A stretch of DNA of 32,705 nucleotides from NCBI GenBank assembly GCA_900617105.1, contig UYFQ01000850.1:1-32705 (forward strand), given 5' to 3'. The stretch is from Hydrurus foetidus (taxonomy: Eukaryota). Below the pieces are notes generated by a model. The model saw nothing but the letters and a program-made list of their open reading frames with translations, ran no database searches and was not told the origin of the DNA. This document shows positions 10,501 to 27,000 of the stretch, one piece after another. A program made the position numbers and the translations under genes. Within the stretch, counting starts at the first letter, position 1. Every line of letters begins with the position of its first letter.

Positions 10501-13500
10501 TTTTTCAGTTTTTGGATTGCACCTGGCAGTTGTTGCAGCAACATTTACACTTCTTCGAATTCAACTCCAGGTGAGATGAAGTGAGGTGAAGTGAAGTGAA
10601 GTGAGGTGGTGCGATGTGGTGTGAGGTGACATGGCATCCATCAGTCTATGACGTAACCATTGTAATGAACGATCTCCCCTCCACGTATTGTCCATCACCG
10701 CATCAAGTTGAGTTTCTAATTCTAATTTCAGTTCGAGAAACTTTTCAACAGTGATCAGTGCGACTGCTGCCATTTCGACATCAACCCTATCTCACCTACT
10801 TCCTCCACCGATGGCGCCCTGCATTTGCGTATTCAATGTGCAGGTACTTGCTGACCCTTGCGGACCATATCCACTCCTGTCGATTCGGAACTTTTCTATT
10901 CGACAGCGATCTTGAAAGGGTACGTGCAGTGACTCCTTTGACTACGTTGCGCACACTGTACATTTCCTTCTTTCCTCCTCCTCCCTCTTCCTCCCTCTCT
11001 CTCTCCACGAGCTACTCAAAGCATATTTGTGTCCATCTACATCGTCGGAAATGGATTCAATCAGTAGTGACAATTATAGATCGTGAACCGCTCAATTCAA
11101 TTTCAACTTCCATGTGTCGCCGTCATTATTATTATAACGATTATTGTTGCTGCACCTAATTTCATCTCTCCTACTGGTATAATTAATATTATCATGATGA
11201 TAATCACTGCCAACATCAATATTGACATCGTCGTCGTTCTTGCTCTCCCTCACCTTCAGGAGATGTTCCGGTCGAAGGAATATTGTGCAGACATCTGGGA
11301 CTACCTGCATCGCAACAGAGCAGCGCTCACCAACCCGCTCTACATGGACCCCAACCACGAAGACACCCCCACCACCCACTCCCTCATCCCCCCCCTCTCC
11401 CAGCTGCTGAGGAACGTCACCCTGTGGACAGACTACTTCTACCGATACTGCTCCCTGCCCACCATCGTGACTCCCCCAACACACCTCTCGGACTACCTAT
11501 ACGAGTCGGGGGTGTGAGTTACTTGCACTCACTGATATTGATATTGATCTTGATCTTGATCTTGATCTTGATAAGGAGTACATGTCTGATGATGCAACTT
11601 CATGGATAGACGTACAGGACCGACCAGTTGCTGCATGATTCACGGAAGGACACCTTCAATATTCCTTCACTGCAGAGACATCACACTTATTTTGTCTTAT
11701 CAAGCTACATGTCATCCGAACTTATCTCATATCATCTGATCTAATCTTCTCTCATCTTGTCTTATCCTATTTCATCTCATTTCTCTCAATACCTGTCACT
11801 ACCTCATGGACTACCTTGTTTGGTTCGCTACAGCTCGCCATACGTTCCTGTACTCCATCAAATCAATAATCTTGTCTTCGCACTGCCACCCTCATAACAA
11901 TTCTTGTCTTCATTCCGTCTTCATTTCTCACTTCCATTTCTCATTTTGTCGTCACAGAACGATACCCGCTCTCTGCTACAATAACACGCAGACCCCGCAA
12001 CCTCACATTCCAGACGGGAGCAACTCACCCCCGAGGGGTGTGACCGCTCCTCTCCCTCTATCTCTCCCTTGTCCTGATTTCGAGTTGCCCGCCATGGTGA
12101 CGTCAGCCGATTACTGGGAGGCCGCCTACAGGAGGGAAGTGCAGAAGGGGGAACAGTCTTCTTCTTCACATTCCTCAAGTTCGAAGAACGTTCCCAATGG
12201 CAGTGATTTCGCTTCAAGCATAAACCACGCCTCGCAACTCTCTGGTGATGACGATAGAGATGAGGATGATGCATCTCCCTATCGAGGTCGAGGACGAGGT
12301 CGACCAGAGATGAAGGGCACCCAACCAGTGAATCATCCCTCTTCCTCGTCCTCTTCCTCTTCTTCGTCCCACCCTTCTGCACGCGCATTGTCATCATCTT
12401 CATCTATGGAAAAGTGTGCCACCAATTCGAGAAAGAGCACTGCAGCCTCTCAGGATCCAACACTGAAAGGACAGAGGGTGAGAGAAATACAGAATACGGA
12501 TGCCTTCTACAACACTCTTATCTCTCATTTCCCCCTCTTCCTCTCATTTCCTCCTTTATTCCTCTCACCGTCTCCTCTCATCTCCTCTCATCTTCTCCTT
12601 TCTATCTCTCATCTTGTCGTCTCATCTCCTCTCATCTCTTTCTCTCATCTTCTCATTTCCTTTTCTCATCTTCTTCTCTCATCTCCTCTTTTTCTCTTTT
12701 CTTCTCTCATCTCCTCTCATCTCTTTCTCTCATCTTCTCGTCTCATCTCCTCCACTCCTCCTCTCATCTCCTCCTCTCATTTCCTCGTCTCATCTTCCTC
12801 TCTCATCTCCTCTTTTTCTCTTTTCTTCTCCTCTCATCTTCTCCTCTCCTCTCATCTCTTTCTCTCATCTTCTCGTCTCATCTCCTCTCATCTCTTCCAC
12901 TCTTCCTCTCCTCTCATCTCCTCCTCCCATCTTCTCCTGTCAACTCTCTTCCCCTCCTCTCATCTCATCTCATCTTCTCTTCTCATTTTCTTCTCTCATC
13001 TCCTCTTTTTCTCTCATCTTCTCTTCTCATCTTTTCCTCTCATCTTCCTCTCATCTTCTCCTCTCTATCACTCATCTTCTCTCTTCTTCTCCTCCACCAT
13101 TAATCATTTCGGTATTTTTCTGCAGTACCTTGTCCACTCTCTATCTATCTATCTATCTATCTATCTAACTATCTATCTATCTATCTGTCCGTCTCCTAAT
13201 CTATCTATTTGGCGTTATGAAGAATTCTATATTTATTTCATTTCCCCAGGCCATGATAGAGAAACTCATTTCCCTGCTGATTGACAGAGGAATGACCGCC
13301 CAGCAACTTCAACTTGAACTTCAACTTCAAGATGATGGCGACGTTGATGTTGATGCTAGCCGTGATAATGATACTGTGAATGGTGGTCAATGTGGGGACT
13401 CGATGAGTGTGGGGACGAGGGGAAAAGATAAGGAACGGGAGCAGGAGGGCGGAATGACTAGCAGCAGCAGTCTCGTCATTGACAACGGTTATGATAACCG

Positions 13501-14131
13501 TCAAGAAGAATCTAAACATCACACGACTATTCCTGCTCCTCTCTTCCGAGACAACGGAATGTCGGTGTCCTATGACGGGATGTGCGACGTTGACTTGGAT
13601 GTAGTTGTGGTGGAGCAGTACTCCCCAAACAGAAACAGGAATAGAAACAGAGAGAACATTCTTAGCAGCTCTAATGGATGTAGTAGCAGTAGCAGTAGTG
13701 GAGGAGGAGGAGGAGGTGGAGGAGGAGGAGGAGGTAGCAATAGCAGCGGCGATAACAGCTTCAGCAGCAGTAGCCACGGTATGGGCAACAGAAAGAGTGA
13801 CTCCTCGCACAGTCTCTTCACACAGTCCCATACCCCATCCAATATCCATCCCCATTCTCATACTATTCCCCTTGTCTCCAGCCCATTCAGACTCTCCCAA
13901 TGCGACCCCCTCTCTGACGTCATCACAACGAAGACCACTTTGAAGTTGAGTTCCTTGGACCTCTTGAGCGCCCTCACGTCCATCCAGTCGGAAGGGGAGG
14001 GCAAGCTGTTCGGATCGCCTAGAACCGGAACCGATTCCATAACAAATACCAATGCGAATAGCAATGTCAATCCTACTAGTACTACTGCTACTGCTCTGGA
14101 AAACAAAAAAATCATCAATGAGTTCTACTGA
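7588..14131 (+). CDS. Myotubularin-family phosphoinositide 3-phosphatase (PH-GRAM + phosphatase domain), ~1333 aa, 8 exons
   Basis: Predicted exons 7588-7912, 8094-9269, 9503-9675, 9975-10570, 10844-10919, 11260-11513, 11958-12477, 13250-14131; all GT-AG and phase-consistent (4002 nt). Motifs: GNLVLTNYRL, CKDMR, LCNTYP, FRSGHRLPVLCW, RSSQP, IIDCRP, NIHVMRES, VHCSHGWDRT, DPYYRTIDGF, EKEFLSFGHQF, SPIFFQFLDC, SCRFGTFL. Confidence 0.93.
12515..13210 (+). repeat. Intronic polypyrimidine degenerate microsatellite (CTCAT/CTCTT-like) followed by (CTAT)n
   Basis: Almost G-free C/T tract filling myotubularin intron 7 (12478-13249). Confidence 0.9.
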
Positions 14132-14441
14132 TTCGCCACCTATTTTTTTGTGCTCAAAGTAATTATTGTAATTCAAGGCAAGATGGGTCCACGTTCATCT
14201 AATTTGTACTTACAGAGGTCAGATGTCACATGAAAGAAAATGAATAAAATAAAATAAAAAGTGATTCGAGATGGCAATGTCAGTAGAATTGCGCAGTGGC
14301 AAAATGGGGCATGAGGAATAAATTGAAGCCGATGACGTACCTCAAGTGTATCGATGGCGCATGCTATCGGTAAACAGATAGCTCTCGTATACGAACGTAC
14401 CCAAACATCGAGACGGTACGTGAGTCGAAAGAAGAAAAAAC

Positions 14442-15281
14442 CTGCGTAGGCCCATATGCAAAATTGAAAAAAATTATATAGGCAATATGCACCGTTTTCA
14501 ATGCTGGTGCGTATATATGTAACATATGCATGCAACGTACTTACGGTACGTTCACTCGTAAGTACTTCGCGGCGTGCTGGCCGTATGTGGCTGTATGTGA
14601 CCGTATGTGGCCAGCCACATACGGCCAATTTTTCTGTCTTAAAGCGAGCCGACTACTCACTAGTTGTAAATTGTAAATTGTGAAGGTTATGGACTGTTAA
14701 AAATATGCTGCCTCTGAGGAAAGTATCCGGGAAGCTCACTTGGTAGAGCGCTCGAGCCTGCCGAAAGTAATTGCGAAGTGAGCATCGAAGTGAGCCCCTA
14801 CAGATGACGGTTGACCAGTAAATCTGTGCCGGCATAATTTACATTCGTAGCTGTTATTTCCTCCATTTTTTTTCTTTAACCAAACGAATTTCAAAATAGG
14901 GGCCGTAGGTTGGACGATTTGTCTGTCCAAATCTGCTGGCCGCTCGATAGCAGAAACGACATCTGATGATGATGCTGCTGATGGTGAAGCATAAGATGAC
15001 GACGATGGGCGATTATGAAAAAAACTCATCGTTGTTGATCACAGTAAAACTGTGGCCTCCATTGTTGCTAAACGTTGAAGACGATGTTGTCAAATGTCAA
15101 CAGTTCATAATTAGTAAAACTCTGCACAGCAATGACTTGCAGTTGTGCAATTAAGCCTAATATAGAGGGAAAATGGTGGAGAATAGTAGGAATATGCATT
15201 TTGCATATGTAGAACGTCTTGCATATATATGCATTTATACGGTTTGCATATATATGCACATATGCCTATGGGCCTACGCAG
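14442..15281 (-). mobile_element. Non-autonomous hAT-like DNA transposon (840 bp)
   Basis: TIRs CTGCGTAGGCCCATA(T/G)GCA at both ends (15 bp perfect). Perfect 8-bp direct repeat GAAAAAAC at 14434-14441 and 15282-15289. Subterminal ATATGCA repeats and an internal BED-finger-like ORF. Confidence 0.88.
14736..15029 (-). pseudogene. BED-type zinc-finger remnant of a transposase N-terminus
   Basis: ...KFVWLKKKNGGNNSYECKLCRHRFTGQPSSVGAHFDAHF shows aromatic residues, CxxC and His; it lies inside the TIR element. Confidence 0.6.
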
Positions 15282-15714
15282 GAAAAAACTGTACATTAAA
15301 AACACAAACTGAACTTTAATGCATACAGGAGTCCGAAATGAATACCATCCTAACTGTTTATTGTTATTGTGCTTTCGATGGATATTAATATTGGTTAAAG
15401 ACTGACGGCGAAGGCGTCGTCGGCTATTTTCCTCAACCACCAATTTGATAATATTTAAGATCTTCAGAAAACTATCTTATTTGATGACGTCCACAATCTT
15501 TTGATTTCAACTTGAAGTTTACTCTTTCAAAATTTAAGTTTTGACTCTGTTTCTGCAGCCTCCTACGTAGCAGTAGCAGTACACGAGAGTAGTTTGCGGC
15601 ACTGCTACCCACCACAGTAGGACTCTAGGATCACTGACGGAGAAGTTCACCGGAAACCCGCATAATCTTTAAATTTTGGATTGGATTATAATGAGAAAAC
15701 TTTTTGAGGGCAAC

Positions 15715-18193
15715 ATGAGTAGCTGCTTATTCCGTCATTTCCCTCTCCTTCTGATAGCGTCTTTGTTGTGTTCTAGAACGGAAGGCTTTTCCCATTTAAG
15801 ATTTGGGAAAAGACAGGGTAGTCTAAGAATCGATGCAACGACTGATAACCGCGGTTCAAAGGCTGATCCTGATTCGTACAGTGTTGTCGTCCTGGGGGAT
15901 CTCCACTTGAACCCTTTGCATATGGATGATCATATAAGAGGCCGAGATCACTTTAAGAGAATTTTGCACCATAAAAATGACTCTCCTAGAGCGAACACCT
16001 GCGTTATTGCACTCGGTGATCTCGGTGAATCGAAACCTGTTCATCCCGGTTCTAAGGAAATATTCTCAGGAACGACGGAGTGCTTTCAGCTCGCCAGAGA
16101 ATATCTGGACGGGTTCAACGCCCCGTTTGAAGTCGCCGCTGGAAATCACGATTTAGAGGGGATCGATGAGTTTCCTACTGACGCCACCAATCTGCAAGCA
16201 TACCTGGATATTCTAGGGAAGGATACTGCTCAGTTCAAGAGGCTGATCGCTCCTAAGACAATGCTCATAGGACTGAGCTCGACAGTCTTCAGAGAGGCAC
16301 GCTACACATCACACGAGGTCATCATCGATGATGCACAGGTATTATCTCCTACAGTGCATTATGTTCTACCCTAACTGACATGTAGTTTTAATGTCAAAAT
16401 CATCGGTCTTCCCTCTTCCAGCTATCAGAGTAGCAGCTCGCAAAACAAGATATGATGTGCACTGACACTATCGATGCAATAGAATCATCTCTTTACTGTA
16501 CATGTAAACTGTGCTGTACTGTAGGTTAAGTGGTTTGAAGATACCGTCAAAGAATGCCCGGCTAGCGAAGGTATGTACGTTCATGCAGTACGTACCGTAC
16601 TGCATGCTAACAAGATCTACATCTGACCACTGCGCTATGCACTGCCACTCTCTTACACTGCACTGCACACACTCTTAACCACCACTACCTGCACCACACA
16701 CTCTCTTACCTGCACCGCACTTCACTACTACAGGATGGAAGGTGTTCGTATTTTCCCACGCGCCTCCCATGGGGTCCGGTCTAAGGGTGCTGCAAGAGAA
16801 CCACGTCATCAATGGCTGCTGCTGGCTGAACCATAGTGGCAAGAACTGCAGAAAGTTCATCGAAGTTGTGAGGGAAAATCTGAGCATTAAGGCTTGGTTC
16901 TCCGGTCACTTCCATATTGGCCATGACTACCAAGACTCGATCACATTCCCTCTAGGCAATACAGGAGAGGAGAACACTGCTGTTGAGAAGAGAAAAAACA
17001 ACAGAGGGAGTTGTATTTTCGTCCAGACTGCCTGTATGTCTGACAGTGCGAGTAGGGACAACAGACAGCAGTCACGGGTCATCAAGGGGAACAAATTCGG
17101 ATTCTCAATCAATACTATCGATCACAAGAACGGCAAAGAGAGAATAGACGTCTCTATTTCTTACGTGAATCCTCTCGTCACTGAGCAAGAGGGGTCAGCC
17201 CCTGCACGTACCGGCGGCACGGACACAGGACTGTCCGTAAGTACGCTGAGCACGGGCACATCGGACCTGATAATTTACGCGCACAACAATGACGACTTCG
17301 ACCACGACAAGTTCTTCGCAGCTTACACGCCTGAAGAGGAAGACGGCTGCTACGTGGAGGAGGAGGAGGAGGGGGAGAGAGTAGAGAACCACTACGAGAA
17401 CATCAACCCCACGCACAACGTGAACATCAACAGCAACACGAACAAGAGCAACAGGAACATCAATACGAAGGAGAACTCTGTGTGTTGGTGGCACATGAGT
17501 GACGGCAAGGTGTTGGGAGTGCACAACGGTATGGTGCTAGAATATGACCATGTCACTCTTGCCCCCTTAGGTCTGGTGGTGAGCAGGGAGGAGTTGAAGG
17601 GGAGGTACCTCGCCATAGTGGACAGCGGCATAGAGGTGGACAAGTCAAAGCTGAGGGCTGCCTTGAGTTCCACTGCTCCCTACGCCAAGAACCTCAACAA
17701 CAGAGAACAAGCTATCATCCTGTACGATGACGACCTCAACGTAACTGTCGTACAGCCAAATGAAGACGGAAGCTACTGGAGGAAGATAGTCAGAAACAAG
17801 GTAATTTAGAACGCTAATCCCTCATTGGTACTCTCCTTTCGTCTTTCCTTCCTTCCGTTTCAATCGGTGCTATTGATGGTACTCAACTTACGTTCTTGTC
17901 CTGCTGTTCAAATCGCACGTCAGCCTCTACTATTAGGACTCCTTCACTCAATTTGCCAAATATGTTCAACGATAACAATAAAATCAATTAAACTGCCCAT
18001 CTATCAGGTGGTTCGTATGAAGGAGGTGCGCAGAGAAGAGGCAGCAATCGCGTTCATCAAGAGCCACTACAAGGACGCCCTCTCCCTCTCCCATTCTAAG
18101 AACGTAGAGGTGACCAGTTCGTGGGGCCCCTACACCACCACTGCTGGCACTGCCAAGTGCACCATCATGCCCGGCACTAAACGAGAAGCATAA
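15715..18193 (+). CDS. Calcineurin-like metallophosphoesterase with N-terminal signal/bipartite leader, ~640 aa, 4 exons
   Basis: Predicted exons 15715-16338 (alternative ATG 15691), 16525-16570, 16734-17800, 18008-18193, phase-consistent. All five family motifs are present: LGDLH, LGDLG, GNHD, FSHAP, SGHFH. Confidence 0.9.
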
Positions 18194-19838
18194 TCAACGA
18201 ACTATAACGAGATTGAGGTGTATGAGGGATGATAAGATATGGAATAGTCCAACCTATCTTCTCCTATCCTATCCCATCTGGTGGCTGTCAGTGAGTGCAG
18301 AGGAGTGAGAGGTGTTACCACACAATGTGATGTGAGGTGACGTGATTCGCAAGGACTTCCATGTCCAGAGAGTAGAAGAGAGAAGAAAAAAAGAATAGAA
18401 AATAGAAATCGCCTTGCCTTGCTTTGCCTTCTCCGCGATCGTATTTCATCTTTCATCATCTTTCTACATCATCTCATGCCATCTCATCTTCTACCGGATG
18501 TGATGTGATGTGATTTTGCGAGTCGAGTCGTGGACTATTCCACATAGAGACGTGTCGTGTCAGACGTTGATATCTATCTAAACGTTGTGGGAGGGTATAG
18601 TAAAGTATGGTGTAGTTGTATGCTAGGGAGGAGGGTGCTTGCTCTGCATCCACGCATCAGGAACAGCAGGATATAGTGCAGTTTAGAATAGCGGTATATG
18701 GAGTACAGTGCGATGTCATATATTGCAGTGTACTAGTTAGTGGATATAATGTACAACAGACTGACTATGATTTCTACACTCAATCTCTGAATGGATGGAG
18801 CTACCTACCCCACACTCTTCTTTCCCTTCATGTCCTCTTCTGTCCTGTCATCCGCCATCTAATCTATTCCACCCTATTCCGCCCTACTACTTTCTGCTTC
18901 ATTCTATCCCATCATCTCGTCTCCTATCCCATCCCAGCTTATCTAAGTTCACAGCTGAGAGATGAAAGATGGGGGACACAGGAGAACTATATGATGGCAA
19001 TCATCACAACTGCACGCAATACCTGGCCACAACTAGAAATATGATTCACCAGACCGCTATCACGATTCCCGATATTGACAACTGCTGTGCCCGCATGATA
19101 CTGAATGAATTATTTCGAACACGTAATTTGGATAATTATTTTTGCACTTTCCCACGCATTGCATTAAATGGACTCATACTCTATGGAGGCCCAATGTTTT
19201 CATTTAATACTCCTCTTGATATTTATTTTACCTGTAAATTTTCAGCAAACAGAAATTCTAAATATGTCTCCCCTTATTTCGTGTCACAGCAGAACAGGAT
19301 ACTGTGCAGCACTGAGAAGGGAAATTGATGAAGCAGCACATCATATTAAAAGTCTTTTCCCCAGCTTTGATTTGAAATACTTTGCTCTGCAAAAATCGAC
19401 TAATTGATGCATTGGAATCCCTTATAATGTTGTGCTGTATCATAACATTTACTTGCTTACTAATACTGGACTACTTTCGGTAGAAAGCTGCCATTTTTAG
19501 GTGGGTTATTCCACACGACTTGCCAAAATTTGGACACAATATCATCATCTGCTTCGAAACTACTTCATAATTCATATTAGATTGTTGAGCAGCCTGAAGA
19601 AGTCCTACCGCAACCCGCAAATCTCGAGCTGAATCTGTTACTTTCATTCTTACTACTGTGGCAGAGCACTTTCCTATGAAGAGAAAAATTGAGCGGATTT
19701 GTTGATTTAGGGTGAAATTGTCCTACAAGATATGAGATACCTAATCGGTATGTGGAGAAATCCTGAACTAGATGGGAGGTGATTTATCGTCGATTAGTTT
19801 CATAACTGTACGTAGAGGCTGCGCTGACCCTTACAACG

Positions 19839-23347
<3,509 letters not shown>

Positions 23348-24700
23348 TACTCGTACAGTGCAGCGTAGTGTAGTACAGAACAGTTCGGTATACGGTATAA
23401 ATCTTGATGGACTGCTGAGAGCTTCGGCATTGCATTATCAGTGCTAGTGAATGCGTGATCTGGTCTACTGATAACTGACTTGCTTTCGCGTCTCATTAGT
23501 TATTTCTGACTAGCAGCAATCGTAATCCAGCCAGGCGTGACAAATTACCGTCGCGTTGTTCATGCGGATAGAGAGGGGTAGATACTGACACGAAACGAGC
23601 AGTCTTCACTGCTTTTACTACGTAACGCTTACTTCAATTACATGATTCAATTCTCCAGAAAATTAGTTGAGTAGTTGAAGTCTGATTTCCGCGCCATGAA
23701 CAGAAAAAGACAGAGGGCTTCTTCTCTCCTCTTCTATTCTCTTAGAGGCAGATCTGTCTCCTTCGTTTCTAGAGTCTCCCGTTGTGAGTGATTTAGTAGT
23801 ATTGCAACACTATTTTCAACGGTAACTCACCAGCCACTTCTTAGCTTCACTAGGAGACTGCAGTGCAGTACAGTACAGTACAGTGCAGTCATGTACGTCC
23901 CTCAGCAGCCCTCAGCATCGAGCTGAGTTAAGTGATAAACAGTTATCTTTACACCTTATTTAACATGTGATCAGTTAGGCTGACCAAAAGAAATGAAAGA
24001 AAAGAGAGGGTGTTGTAAGGGACGGGACGTGTTGATCGTATCAATGCTACATCACATCACATCATATCACAGCGCCTTCCATCTTCTCTGCCTTCTGTCA
24101 AGGAGTTGATGGGCAGCAGATGAGATATCGCTTCTTGGTTCCTTCACGCTATAAGCGGCATGTTTCCACTACACACAGTACAATACAGTATAAACATCAC
24201 AGAGCACCACTCGTGTCGGATAGGGTCACATAGTGTAATGTTGTGTCGTGTTGCATCGCATCACGTCAAATCGCAAGGTGCCCGTCGTTCGGTATTGTCC
24301 ACTAGGTCTCTTTACCCCTTCGTGGTGGTGAGAGAATGTCAGCCGAATCACATGACGCGACTTCGGAAATGAAGAGAGAAAGAAGTATTCGGATCGATGG
24401 TTTCTCGTAAATAAACGGGCGAGTGCACCCAGTGTTTGTGATCAACTTAGATCACTCTCATCATCACAGTCGCCAGTCACCCCTACAGAGTGAAGAGATC
24501 TTCTATTTCCGCAGACCGATCGTTTCGTCTTCAAGCGACGTGTTCTGATAAGTATTGGTGGATGTGCAGTGCTTGTATTTGTTACTCACGCGATTTCGTG
24601 AATAAATTTGAGATATGGTGACTGTAGGGGTTGCCCACCCACCCGCACAGAATAGAAGAGAATAAGAATTAGAGAGAGAGTTACGGAGAGGGATAGAGGT

Positions 24701-26944
24701 CTAGCAACTCCCGTCATCGTCACGAGCATGCACCCCTCCGCTCTCCTCGTTATCACTATTCTCGATGGAGTAGTCTTCGTCAACCAGCATGGCTGCCTGT
24801 GTATCTGCATTCGTATCAGCACAAGCACTAGCAATTGCAGCTGCAGGGACGTATTCACCGTCAGACTCTTCACTGTCGAATCCCGAGTCCACCTCCCCGT
24901 CGGAGCTGTCTCCAGTGCTGCTGGCGATGTACCGCGATGCGTGAGAGCCCTTCACTGCTCCTACCTCGTCATCATCATCATCATCGTCACCATCATCGTG
25001 TTCGAAGTACTCCGAGTCGTCTTCATCGTCATAGTCGGCGTTCTGCCTACTGAGCATGAGGTTAGAGGTGTGGTGAGAGCCAGTGTCGTCCACCGACTCA
25101 TCCTCCCCTTGATTCAGCTGCAGCGTCATTCCACCGATGCTTATCTCCCCTTGTCCCGCTGATATGGCCTGTGCAATCATGAGCATCATCTGATGCTCTT
25201 GCCCTGTAGCGCTCATCTCCCCCAGCATGGACAGCGGCACACTGATAGGCCCGGGTAGACAATTCTGAGAAATGAAAAACCCACATATTAGTTCATACCA
25301 ACGCGATAAAAAAGCCCAAACCACAGTGATGCCACCGTATGTCGAGTTGTATGCAGCAAGGAAGGAAGTCTGCAACTGGCTTACTGATCTTGGTGGTACT
25401 ACGCGGCCGTTTGGAAAGGCGCGTGCTGCGTATATTTTGGCTCTCTCGACTGCTGCCCTCTTCGACTCGAGATTCTTGAACCAATCCCAGTGCTGTAAGA
25501 GGGAGAAATAGAGAGAGAAAGGAGAATTGAGTGTGTGAAAGAGAGGGAAAGAGGAAGAGAGAAAGTGGGAGGGAAAGAGATAGATAGAGGGAGAGTGATG
25601 AGGTAGAAAGAAAGAGAGAGAGGAATAGATAGATAGATAGATAGATAGATATATAGATAAAGGGAAAAGACAATGATGGGGATCACTGAAGGCAATCACA
25701 CATAGACGCAGAATTAAATGTTGACCATACCATGTATTCCAATATGTTATATATGAGGTATTTCGGAAGGAGATGCAGTCGTAGGGCGGACAGGTCTCTG
25801 CAAGTTTCTTCGCGCTGGTCAGCCACTTGCTCTGCGTCTTCGTTACTGTTGCTGTACTCCTCGTAGCTTGTCGCAGATTTACCGTGAACGTCGAGACAAG
25901 GGGATTTCCCTGTGTGTTGGGATGGTATTAGTAACGTTCGTACGGTGATGACGTCTTCCTGAAGCTGGTAGGTGTTTCTGAAATGAATGGTGGAAATCTG
26001 TACGGACACTTAGTTGTGTACTAATCAACGCAGTCACGCGCGATATCTATCCAAGATAAGACCATCAAATATGACATTCAATTACCCTGGCAAAATGAAC
26101 GTAAATGCTCATGTGCATACCTTTAGGTCTGTCGTCAGCTTCGTCTTCGTGTTCCAGATCGCAGTCGTGCACGAATCTGTTTTGACACAGCAGCATGACG
26201 CTCACAGCCCTCTTGAGATCTTTGGGAAACAGTTTGTGCTGCAGAGGGGACCACCCCTTCCATTTAGTCCTGCAGTCAGTACGGACAGTGAGTAAGTGCA
26301 CAATGCAATTCGTGCAGTTGGACAACATCAAGTATCAAGATTTTCAGTGGTTTAATTGAGCGGAAACTCGATTGTTCATTTCGACTGTCAAGTGCAATCA
26401 TATTCGACTATACATTGGCCTAGCCCAATCGGTTTATGATGGATTGATACGTCCCATCAGAGGCAGACAGAGCTTCATAGAGCACTGACTCTTACTTGTA
26501 TGCGACTGATCCAGACAGGCCCCTCCATGCTCTGTACCACCCGTGCTGCTCGTCGAATGGCTCGAACCCAGTGTGACCGAGACCAGCCAGAAGGGTGATG
26601 TGCTGAGCGTGTGTTGGGAGAGATTAGCGCTGTTGGCTAGATTATCTGCATGAGTGTTGTGTTTTGTTGTGGAGTTGTTCTAATGTGTGTGCGTGTCTTC
26701 GAATACATATCGCCACTGCGGTGGTACAAGATGGCAGACACACGTCTGTAATGTAACCCTTTGCTAAACAGCTGATGAGTAAGATGACAGGAGATAGGAG
26801 GAAGTGCACCTCATTCGCTGCTACGATGCTCTCCTTGGATTGATAGCTCTGATACTGGATGCCCAGATCGTCCGGTAGACTGCTGTGACAGTACAGTCCC
26901 CTCTGGCTGTGCGGCATCAGGGTCACGGGCTGGTTGAATACAAT

Positions 26945-27000
<56 letters not shown>

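Noticed and set aside
12414..13168. Long hydrophobic ORFs (12414-13103, 12500-13168) resembling membrane proteins
   Set aside because: They are translations of an intronic C/T microsatellite that cannot form stop codons.
13238..14176. 312-aa minus-strand ORF
   Set aside because: It is antisense to the low-complexity last exon of myotubularin and has no recognisable domain.
18200..19800. Short ORFs (18616-19044, 18969-19328 etc.)
   Set aside because: No motifs or consistent splice structure; appears intergenic with simple repeats.
23350..24700. Possible extra gene or ncRNA between the convergent GH47 and UBL genes
   Set aside because: Only short ORFs and pentamer repeats (CAGTA, ATCAC); no tRNA-like or other supportable structure seen.
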